Shown: positions 53,465 to 64,000 of the stretch, piece after piece
Layout of the letters: each line of letters opens with the position of its first letter
Position numbering within the stretch: position 1 is the stretch's first letter
Source of the DNA: Trichosphaerium sp. ATCC 40318
Taxonomy: Eukaryota > Protista > Tubulinea
Direction of reading: 5' to 3'
Assembly (NCBI GenBank): GCA_038496445.1
Contig: JALMLS010000220.1
Span: forward strand, 62,001-126,000
Length of the DNA stretch: 64,000 nt
Program-made: the position numbers and the translations under genes
The notes under the pieces: generated by a model
Told to the model about the DNA's origin: nothing
What the model saw: the letters and a program-made list of their open reading frames with translations, nothing else
Database searches by the model: none

Positions 53465-56400
53465 GAAAACGTGACTGCTATTGACGGAGTATTTATCATT
53501 TTGTTATTCCTCTGAAATTCGCACGTACGTCTTTGGGTGGTACAGTTTTTAGAAGTTTATTTGAAGGATTTGTCGTATTCGCTTCGAAAAAACAGAATCG
53601 TTTCCGCATTTGAGTGTTAGCTGGTTGTTCTTTTTTTCTCTTCTATTTAGCGTTGTTTGGCGTCTAAGTGGTATTGTAGGGTTTAAATGAAGAGATTGTC
53701 AATTGCGGTTTTAATACTGCTGTGTTTATGTTCTTTAAGCGCATGTGGATCCCCACGTGAGCGCGTGTCGTTTGATTTCGGTTGGCGTTTTCATTTGGGA
53801 GATGATACAAACGCCAAACCAAATTGTTCATTCAACAAGCCTTTGACCAAAGTCACGTGTACGGGTAATGTTTCCTTCGCACCAGTTCATGATGTCATTG
53901 ACTGCCAACTTGCATGTTGCTCTGGAGCTTATTATCCTGATTGTACAACATGGTACATGCGTACGTTATGTTTACAAGACAAAACTAGAGCGAAAACCAC
54001 TTCCTCAAAGCAGAAAATTACTATGATTTTTCCGTTCACTTTTCTTTTGTTTCTTGACAATACTTAGAGGGGAACAGATGCTTCTTAGGAGGTAGTGATG
54101 TAACGTGTAAAAGCGGTGGAAAAGATAATGGTGGTCAACGTGTTGTACCGCCAAAAATGACATACCCATTCTCTTCAGCAAATTTCGATGACAGCAAGTG
54201 GAATGTTATTGATGTTCCTCACGACTTTGTGATACATGGAGAGTTTTCTCAGAGTGCCGAAAAAGGCCATGGATACCTTCCACGCGGTGTTGGATGGTAT
54301 AGAAAGCACTTCAAAGTACCTGAAGCATGGTCAGGAGGTACGAATCTATAAAATAGAATTGGTTTATTTCTCATCACGTGACAAGGCAATTCTCGTATTT
54401 TCATCACTTTCGATGGCGCTTTTCACATCACGGAGGTATGGATAAATGGAAAGTTTGTGGCAGAACATACTTCAGGATACACAAGTCCTATTGATCGTAT
54501 TGATATGTATCTGGATCCTAAAATTACAAATGTCATTGCTATTCGTACTGACGCATCTTTCGGGAGTGGTCATTGGTATTCTTTCAATTTTCTTTTGTGT
54601 AGTTTTTTTTTTTATCGTACTTACTTCGTCTATTCAGGTACGAGGGTGGTGGATTATATCGTCATGTGTGGTTAACACGTACTGAAGATATATTCATAAA
54701 TCCATATTCTCTGTATGTACCATACACAATGTCCCAAGACCTCTCTTCTGTGACGATGAATCCAGAAGTTGTACTTCAAAATACTAAGACATCTCAGACT
54801 CCAGTACATGTTGTATTTACTCTCATGGATGATACGGGCGCTCACATCAAATCTTCGACAGTAAACGTAAGTTTACCAGTGAGTGGAACAACAACAGTAA
54901 CGACCAACATGGACTTTTCTTCACCTCATCTTTGGAGCATCAAAAAAACATATCTTTATCGCTTTGAAGTCAGTGTTCTCGACAGTATCGGTACTTCATT
55001 AGATAATGATTCTACAACACTTGGATTTAGATCTACAAGATGGGACGCTGATCATGGATTCTTCTTAAACGAGAAACGGACTATCTTTAGAGGATTCTCT
55101 GATCACAATGATTTTGCAGGAGTTGGAGCTGCTGTCCAAGAGCGTATTAATTTGTACAGAGGTCAGATGTTACGTCGTGTTGGTGGTAATTCTTGGAGAA
55201 TGAGCCACAATCCCGGTGATCCTGCTACTTATGATATACTCGATAGTTTGGGTATTATGTGTTGGGATGAAAACAGGGATTTCAATACGTACCAAGGTGA
55301 GTTTTTTCTTGTGAGTGAATAATTGCTCACGTGAAATACTAATTTTTAACTTCTCTGATGCTTTGTTTTTATGTTGTAGTTGATCACATGTCTGATCTAG
55401 TTATGAGAGATAGAAACCATCCTGCAGTTGTTATCTGGTCATTTTGTAATGAAGGTGAATGTTTTCAGTTAGATGCCTCAAAAGGACAAGCATTCAGAGA
55501 AGCAGGTACAAATATTATCTGTCTTTACGACCACTTTCAACAGTTGCTTACATGTTTGTAAGTTAAAAAATATGACAAGATGAGGCCAGTATCAGCAAAC
55601 ATGAATGGCAAAAATCCACAATTATCTAAAACTCTAGATGTACAAGGTTTCAGCCATTTCACTCGTAACTTTGGTACATTTCATTCAGAAAATCCAAACG
55701 TTCCACTTGTTTCATCTGAGTCTTCTTCTTGTCCGATCCAGCGTGGTGAAAATATCGTTAATGCTAGTGCCGGTGCTTTCAGTAGTAGCTTCGATGGTGG
55801 TTGTCTGTCTTGGTGGCTATGTTCGATAGGTCAACATGGTAGATGCTCTCAGTCGTGGCCTCAAGCATATGATACAAAAACAGGAAAGATAAAAGAATAC
55901 ATGGCTGGTACTTTGGGTGTTTGGACTTTATTTGATTATATTGGAGAGCCTACACCTCATGGTTGGCCGCAAGTATCTTGTAACTATGGTATTTATGACT
56001 TGGCTGGATTTGCAAAAAGCGCAGTATCATGGTACGACCTCTTTTGGTTTTTGAAACATATCTTTTAATCACGTGTACTTTTATCAAAAAAAGCTGTACT
56101 CAACATTTTTTTGTGATTGCAACCAAGAAAACCGTTTTTAACAAGAAGAGAAAGTACATCACTTACGTCAACTCGCTTATCACTTTATGTTAGGTATCAA
56201 TCTTGGTGGCTATGTAATATCACTGAATCCGATTATGGTCGTCCTGACTTTCCTTCTTGTGATAAGATCGAAATACAACAAGTATGGGATGGAAAAGTTG
56301 AGCCACCTGCCATTACAGTCTTCAGTAATACCCCAAAGAATGAGTTGTTCCTCAATGGCAAGAGTCTTGGTATCAGAGAAATGGGTTGGGCGAACTGGAC

Positions 56401-57232
56401 ACAATGGGATAACATAAAGTTTGAACCAGGAACACTTAAAGCAGTTGGATACAATGCCGATGGTCAACAAGTCGCTGAACACACTCTTGAAACACCAGGT
56501 GCTCCAGTATCTATAAAGTTATCTCTGGATGCCCCATCTGCTTCGACCGGAACAGGAACATCACTTTACGCAAATGGACAAGATGTTGCGCTTGTAAGAG
56601 CATCAATACTAGACGCTGAGGTACACTTCTTTTTTCTTTCAACAGACAAAAACTCACTTTGTGCTTTTCTTATCTCTTTACTAACTCAATTTGAACACAT
56701 AGGGACGTCTATGTACTGCCAGCAGTGTATCTATTACGTTTTCAGTAATATCAGGACCTGGCGTTGTTATTGGTGTTGGTAATGGTGATTCTGGATCACA
56801 TGAAAGAAACAAAGCAAAGACAAGAACCACATACCATGGTCTTGCTCGTGCTATTGTTCAAGTCACTGAAAACCATGCAACACATGACAGACAGCGTCAG
56901 AAAGAAATTGATGTTGATGGAGGTATTCTTACAAAGGTTGTTACTGATCCAAACGCAGATCTTGTGAATATTGTTCTAAAAGCAAGTGCTGCCGGTTTCT
57001 CATCAAGTACAATTGAGATTCCAGTGTCTTCAGATTCTATGCATGCACCTATTGCTGTAGCTTATCGTCAAGAATAAATCTTAAAACGATCAATCTATCA
57101 CGTGATAGTTAACTATTGTGAAAGTACTTGTATTGCGTAATGTTGTATCTTTTTGTGCCTCAACAATGAAGAAGCCTGCTGATCAACACTGTAGTTAATT
57201 AAACAACTGCTAAGTGTTGACGTTAATCCCAT
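53465..57232 (+). repeat. Right arm of the inverted segmental duplication (partner 35520-39211)
   Basis: Direct comparison with the reverse complement of the left arm. Confidence 0.95.
53687..57077 (+). CDS. Secreted GH2 beta-galactosidase-like enzyme, copy B (8 exons), with a Cys-rich PAN/apple-like insert near the N-terminus
   Basis: Same motifs and intron positions as copy A, with an intact frame after splicing. Confidence 0.93.
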
Positions 57233-57561
57233 GACATTGCCTGGAAAGGTCTTCATCACCTACTAAATTTGATAGAGTATCATCTTACTTGCCCCACAAA
57301 AGTACAAGGGGAATACACAACATCTAATTACGGTCCAATAAAGTACGTGAGTATGGCAAGTTCATCCTTTGACATTGCTCTACTCTATTATAATTAGTCA
57401 GTTTTATGAAGTGCTTTGTCCTTCTGATTCGACCTTGTTTCTTTGGTAACTGTACTCAGCCTCAAACAAACATTTAAGTTGCCAATGTTGTCGGACGTAT
57501 TCGTCAGTTAAGTCTCGCTTCGTGCAACTAGTTCTTGATTTAAACTTCCTATTGCAAGCAA

Positions 57562-58025
57562 ATGCAACTTGTTACACTTATAATTGTTGCCCTACTGTTC
57601 GTTGTCGTAGAGAGCAACGCAAAAGCTACTTCACTAAATGGTTTAGCGTTTTATGGCAGTAGCTCCTTCTACACGGTTGATATGATGTTTTCAAACACAT
57701 CAGAAATTGTAGATAGCTTCCTAATACTTGGTTCATTCCATCCTACAGATAAATGCGGTGGTTTTGAGGTTAGAACCAGGGTGACTACATAAAAAGCTAA
57801 TTTCTACCTTAGTATTCTCTTGATGGAAACGATCTTAAGTTCCCTGCGTTAAGTACTGAAGGCAGTTGCATGTATCGCACTTTTAAGGAAGATTACTTTG
57901 TTCCGACCCCAGACTCTATTTCTTTTAAACTACAAGCTGATGGTACATCGATAATTATTGATCCTGGCACAGAATTGCTTCCGCCACTAAAAATTAAACA
58001 ATTCCCAACTAATAAAAGAGTTTGA
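57562..58025 (+). CDS. Small secreted hypothetical protein (2 exons)
   Basis: Signal peptide. A phase-0 intron joins CGGFE to YSLDGNDL..., ending at TGA. Confidence 0.7.
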
Positions 58026-58480
58026 TGTTTGCTTTAAACGGTTTACGCTTTACGGACGGCTAAAATGATTTTCTGGTCTTGAGTAGTGACACTGTAGAAC
58101 TAGCAACAGCGATTCTCAAACAAGTTGAGATGGATGACAAAGATAGCAATCGACTTACAAAGTTCTTGTTTGCTCCAAGGTATACAAAGTTCATAACCGG
58201 TTAACCATCAGCTAAGAAAATGGTAACCGAAAACAGAATTTTTCATGGCTTGTCGCAAAATTATAATGTCACATTTGACTCCAAAACGGTGTTTAGCTGG
58301 CTATAAAATGTATGCTTAACATACCATAGCCAACAAGCGTCTCCTTTGTTCAGTAATCACTGTATAAAGCTACGACAACGTCATTAAAAAAACCCGCTCA
58401 CTTTCATACAGGCTACTCTATTCTAGTTGATTTTACTAGGATACATAAACGATACTATAATATTCATTTCCTTCTCGTAG

Positions 58481-59114
58481 TTACTCTGTTGAAGATGCTT
58501 TCTTACTCTCTATTTCTGCAAACAAATTCTTTTGTGGTGATTTACCAATTTTGACATCTTCCTCTATCGTTGGAGAGCTCCTATCTTTAGTCTCGACATT
58601 GTTCAATTTAACACTATCTAGATAAATAACGTAAGCTTTATCAAAGAAGGAAAAACCAATTTCAATGAGGGTTACGAGCTGGAAAACATGAATTTTAATC
58701 GAATTCTTGCTTTTTTATCTTGCTACGTTTGAGGATTTAAAAAATCACGTGACGATCAAAAAAAACGGCTAAAGCGAATCGACGTAAAAATAGCTTCTAT
58801 ACAGTAAAACCATGCGCCAAAAGAAAAGTAACAGGCTCCGAAAGACGTTGTGTTATCCAATTACCTTTTTCTTCAATCTGTTTCAAAAATTGCTTCCTGT
58901 TGTATACCTTGATACGTATCTTCTTATTTATAACTGGTTTACTTCCATCTCTCGTCTGTGACTTTTTAAGCTTTCTACGGCTCAAAATCTCGTTACAGAA
59001 TGGCCTATTTAAATACTTAGACGCATGTGGGTATCTTGTAGTTTATCAAGTGTACCGCGTTGGGAAAACTTCTGATAGGTTGCTATCGTCTTTATTAGTG
59101 TCTTGGTCTGCCAT
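58481..59114 (-). CDS. Hypothetical basic protein (about 3 exons)
   Basis: MADQDTN start. GT-AG junctions keep the frame through ORF 58797-58985 to a terminal exon. Confidence 0.5.
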
Positions 59115-59403
59115 TGGAGAGGTTAGTACTGCGAACTTGAACTGCTATCGACTACGTCAACGTTGAAAACAACTATTTTCACAGATTTTCTACAAGTGAC
59201 TTATTCGCTATTGCAAACTTATTTCTATGTCCAAAGCCGTCTTTACACTACAGGTATCCGTTGTGGCTGCAGCCAAGACTAGCGTTAAGACTCACAACTT
59301 AGTTTTTTTCTTGTTGACGTGTGTTGACTTTTTTCATCAACAACAAAGTGTACAGCCACGATCGAATTGCCACCTAGCGCGTGCGTGCATTGAATAGATA
59401 ATA

Positions 59404-60259
59404 ATGGCGCATTTGTACGAAGATTTACAACCAGACTCTACATACGTTGATAAGAGTTTCATGGATGGCCCAAGAAGTCAGTACAGAGATAGAGAGGCCA
59501 AAGCGTACGCCAATACAAGTAAAAGTACTAAAATGTTTACAAATTGCGTAGAGAAATGCTTAGTAGGTACAATGCTGCCCTCAGATCTTCTACTACACTT
59601 TACGTTGGCAATTTGTCTTTTTTCACGACAGAAGAGCAGATATACCAATTATTCGCACAGTGTGGACCTGTTAAACGTATAATTATGGGTTTGGATCGTG
59701 AGAAGCATACTCCTTGCGGATTTTGCTTTGTGGAGTACGTGGCTACAATTAATACGCGTCCTAACGCGTTTATATAAGGTATGAAGACAGAAAGAGTGCT
59801 GAAAACTGTATTTACTATGTGAATGGCACAAAACTTGATGACCGTATTATTCGTACTGATTGGGACGCTGGGTTCAAGAAAGAGCGTCAATATGGTCGTG
59901 GACGATCTGGAGGCCAAGTATGCCATTATTTGTTTTTTTTTTTCTTTTTTTGACACTTGTCCTGTCATTTGGTTTTATGACCTCATTTTGCATTGTAGGT
60001 GCGTGATGAGTTTAGAGAGGACTATGACGCAGGTCGTGGGGGTTATGGCAATAGTGCTGGCTCAGGTATGTTTTGTTTTAATTGGTTTTGTGCTCTTAGC
60101 AAGTCACCTTCTGGCGCTCCAAATAAGAGCTAGCCAGTTCTTTGGCAGTTTACTAACTTATTCGTTTTAGAAACTTCCAATAAGCGTAAGTTCAACAGTG
60201 GCAGTTGGGAAGACAGAGGTAACCACAAGCGACAACGTAGAGACCGTAGATCATTTTAA
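59404..60259 (+). CDS. NCBP2: Nuclear cap-binding protein subunit 2 (CBP20)
   Basis: [61 protein letters not shown]. Confidence 0.96.
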
Positions 60260-60474
60260 AAAGATTTCAAAAAAAAGCGCTGAAAATACTGCGCTATTGT
60301 ATAATAATAAACAACGCTCAACCGCATTCCTTGCAATCACTTAGTTTGACTTTTTTACCAATAATTGATTGATTTTTACTGTGCTTATCAGGAACAATGA
60401 TAGCGTAAGATGTTTATCAATGACAGCATACAAGTACAGGTTCTTTGGCATTCATAACTTTTTTATTTGATTGA

Positions 60475-61065
60475 TTAAAATACACAATCGGTGTTGAGAG
60501 ATTTATGGCTCTGTAACATTATCGGCTTGTAGATATTACAGTCTTTGTCACCTGGCGACATCTTACAAGTGCTCAGCTCGTATTGGGCTGAAAGGTAATC
60601 ATCGTAGTATTTATCACATTTGTTCATTGTTTCTTCATCAACAAGATCGTTGTTATAGGTCTCCCTGAGGTTCTCTACAAGCTTCAATACTGCACCAGAT
60701 TCGGCTACATCAGCGTAGTACGAATCCATAGCCGGGGACTTACGTCTTAGTGACTCTTTAGATGCTGTAAGTTCTTTATACCTTTTGCTCATAAATCCTT
60801 CTTTTTGTGATTGAAATTTAGCTTTAGCGGACTTGTTAGTTTAAACAACAGGTTGAAAGCCTTTTAACATACCCATATTCGACATGTATATACATAGAGT
60901 TATGAATGCTACAAAAAGAACAACACCAATAAACCCTTTGAAGGTCATTGGAGGCCATACCCATCTTGGTATCTCTGTCTTCTTAAGAGGTCCATATGTG
61001 CTCGTTGGATTACCTTGGGATGCACCTCCGTTGGTCTTCGTCATATCATTTGTTGTTGTGCTCAT
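60475..61065 (-). CDS. Type II single-pass membrane hypothetical protein (2 exons)
   Basis: TM segment FIGVVLFVAFITLCIYM. A 50-nt intron joins to ORF 60475-60792, which has four Cys. Confidence 0.65.
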
Positions 61066-61596
61066 GTTGTTTCTATTTAATGACGAATTTTGGTGGCCAA
61101 AAGCTGGTATGATTGATTTTTTTTTCATTCCTCCGACTCCTCTTGAGTATCTATCGCCACATGTAATCTTAAAGTGTACAAAACACAGGCATATTCAACC
61201 ACATTTATTGTTTTCCTGGAAAGCAGTTGTTCACTAGCACTACTTTAAGCGCAAAAGTGTTCGAGTTAAGTGAACTACTCTTTTTGCACCAAAAAAATCA
61301 ACAGTTCGTCTAAATCTAAGTAAGGAATGGTGTACTAAAGCGTTATACTTGGTACTGTTATATTGTACATTATTGCTTACCAATTAGTGTCCTGACATAT
61401 TTGTAGCGCTGTATCCCTGTAATACAGTAATTGTGCGCTACTAAAGCCGGACACCTGTTTTACCAGCTGTAGCTCGTTTTGTTTCGGAAATAATTGACAA
61501 ATATTGTTGTACTCGCTCAGGTTGGCATTGGTTATGACGTTTATATAATCTAAGCGCTATTTCGTAGGAATCTGCATTAGTAACAATTAATTTTCA

Positions 61597-64000
61597 ATGG
61601 ATGATCTTACACGACTTGCCAAACACACAAGAGTACGTGTAATGCACTTTATTCAAAAGTAGCTCCCTTTCGTACATTCCGAAAAATATTGAGTCGATCA
61701 ATAGGTTTGTACGCGCTGGGTAAATCACTACGTAAGTGATGCAGCGATAAAAACAAATACATTAGCATCTCAACTATCAGATGGCCTAGTTTTGATAACA
61801 CTGATTGAAACACTATTTAAACATAAGTTTAAGCATGTTGAACGTAAACCAGTGCTACGAATACAAAAACTACAAAATCTCGAGTACGTACTTGCTTAGT
61901 TTCCTTCCAAATGATTTATTACGCTCAAGATGCGTCATTTCTCACCTCTCAAATGAGATGGGTGTCAAATTTGTAAATATTGGCGCAGAAGGTACGTACA
62001 AAATAACTACAATTAAAGCTTTTATTCACTGAAAATTTCTCATCTTCACCGTAAATTTACGTGTCAGTTTAATTGTTTAGTACATTGTCTATAATTTAAA
62101 GTGTTAATTTATTGTATTTTAGATGTTATAGATAATAATACAAAAACAGTTTTAAGTATTCTTTGGAGTATTATCCAAGTTGCTTTGTTGAATAACGTAG
62201 TCGTTGACTCATTTACGGGGCAAGTGGCTCTACTAAAGTGGACTCAAAACGCTCTTAAAGAATTTAAAGGTATTGACTTTAAAGCTATTATAGCCGTAGT
62301 AGTGCGTCCTCCTTAGGTATTTACATAGGTTGTCAAGTGCAGTCTTTTAATTCACCTTTATGGGCAACTGGATTACCTTTTATTGGACTGATTCACAAGT
62401 TTTGTCCTGCAGCTATGCCTAGAATTGTTTTTGATGCTCTTTCAGCTAATGAGAGCGAGACTCATATGCAAGTAGCAATGGCAATAGCTAAAAAAGTACG
62501 ATCTTTGTCCACAATTTATTTTTCTGACGTACTTTTAATCAGGCTTTCAATGTTCCACACCTACTATTTAAGGAAGATATAGTTTCTCCTGATAAAAAAA
62601 TAGTGGGCTTGTGGGTAGCAGAATTCTACTGGGCAACATCTAGAGTAGATACAAAGGACGTTGCAGTAGCAGTACGCGGAAAACCCAATTTTATTTCTTC
62701 ATTGAGCTCTTACACTTTATCAAGATAAGCTCTCCCAGCTCACTTACGCGTGAAATTAAGCACGTAGAGACGGTTCAGGAAGCGACACCTGTAAGTAGGG
62801 AGTTGAATGAGGTAAAGGTGCCTGAACCAAAACAAGACGAAGTAAAAACTAGTGAACCAGAAACTGATAACCAAAAAGTATCCTCTAAGAAGCCTCTTGT
62901 TCATCGTAACAAGCAACCTCTTACAGAAAGTACTGGTCACGCACCACGTTCTATAATACCTCAAGATGTGATGAATCAAGTGAGGATAGACATGTCACCT
63001 AATACAAAAAAGCAAGGTAGAAGACATGCAAGGAAACAGCTCGATTTGAGGCAGCCAGCTATAAACAAGAAAAAAAAGCGCAAGAGTGTCTCAGCAGTTG
63101 CAAGAAATAGAAGAATTAGGAGTGATAATAATGTAGTAACAGCTAAAGTTACTCTATCAGATAGCAAAGGAAATAACAAGGTTGCTGTACAACAAGAAGT
63201 TGTTGTAAAGCAGAAAAAAAAAGCTAAAAAGAAAGGTTCTGAAGCTGGTTTCTTTAATCAAGTTGATAGTCTACTACTATCTGAAGTATCAGATGCTCTA
63301 AGAAATAGAGATGATGCAAGTACGTTAAGAACTTTTATTATTGCTTTTAACAGAGTACTAAACGAAAAAAACCAAAAAAAATAGGTTTCAATGGATCATG
63401 TAGTTTGAGGAGTATTGACGAGATATCTCTTGCTGAAAGTAGTTTTGGTGAAACACAAAAGACTATGGAAACCGCTGTTCAATCATCACTTGATAATATG
63501 GATGTATCAAAGCAACGTGTTGTAGAAAAGTATGGTTCAAAACCAGAAAAAAATGAGAATGTGCCTTTATCAAAGAAGATTGAGAGTCCTTCCCGGTCGC
63601 AAAAGATAGAACAACTAAGAAGTGCTTTAGTATCACAAGTTTCAGGATTAGCAGTTAACGTAAGTTTCTAGCTAGTCTACAATTCACAAAACAAGATTTC
63701 GTGCTAACACTTTTATTTTTTTGTTCAAGCCAAGTTGGCATGCTGACTGTTTTAGGTTCCTAACTCTTACTCTAAAGGAAAATCAAAAAAGCATAAAAAA
63801 CCTTCTGTGGATAATAATAAACGTCTAGCATCATCAAAACGACCACTGCCAGAGCTTTTAAATAACACAGATGTGCGTCAAATACGACAACTTAAACTGA
63901 CTTTTTGATTGATAGGACGAGGTTGAGCAGTTGAAAGTACACTTCTCGAAGCACCTTGTTCAATTGAATGATTTCATATCATATTGCAACAAACTAATTG
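61597..64000 (+). CDS. Tandem calponin-homology (actin-binding domain) protein with a basic/coiled-coil C-terminal region, running off the window
   Basis: CTRWVNHY..LSDGLVLITLIE..RIQKLQN..GVKFVNIGAEDVIDNNTKTVLSILWSII. Second CH: ALLKWTQ..WATGLPFIGLIH. Confidence 0.85.

Overview
Gene-dense nuclear DNA of an AT-rich (roughly 35% GC by eye), intron-rich unicellular eukaryote. Introns are mostly 35-100 nt with GTACGT/GTAAGT/GTGCGT donors, and the standard genetic code is used. An amoebozoan-type protist is my inference. I reconstructed about 28 genes by hand-splicing: Ras, Rho and BTB-Arf GTPases, a divergent 14-3-3, a PPR protein, a DUF4062-NACHT-TPR (nephrocystin-3-like) protein, a GH3 xylosidase, two inverted GH2 beta-galactosidase copies, a STAND-like NTPase with ubiquitin-like repeats, a dual-specificity phosphatase, an NDR kinase, a thioredoxin-like protein, MAD1, NCBP2, a calponin-homology protein and several unknowns. 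There is also one tRNA-Pro(AGG), a MITE-like hairpin and a probable pseudogene. Best leads: (1) a secreted His1/LPMO-like protein head-to-head with a GH2 copy, inside a block bounded by 3.7-kb inverted GH2 duplicates that diverge mainly around the active site; (2) a BTB-Arf fusion with a natural Q71L-type change, apparently joined to an upstream domain by two consecutive GC-AG introns with identical GCACGTGATTT donors; (3) all three small GTPases lack the catalytic Gln; (4) strong CACGTG enrichment in introns and promoters; (5) 3' splice sites without polypyrimidine tracts. Exon boundaries are manual predictions without RNA data, and family calls come from motif recall, not database searches.
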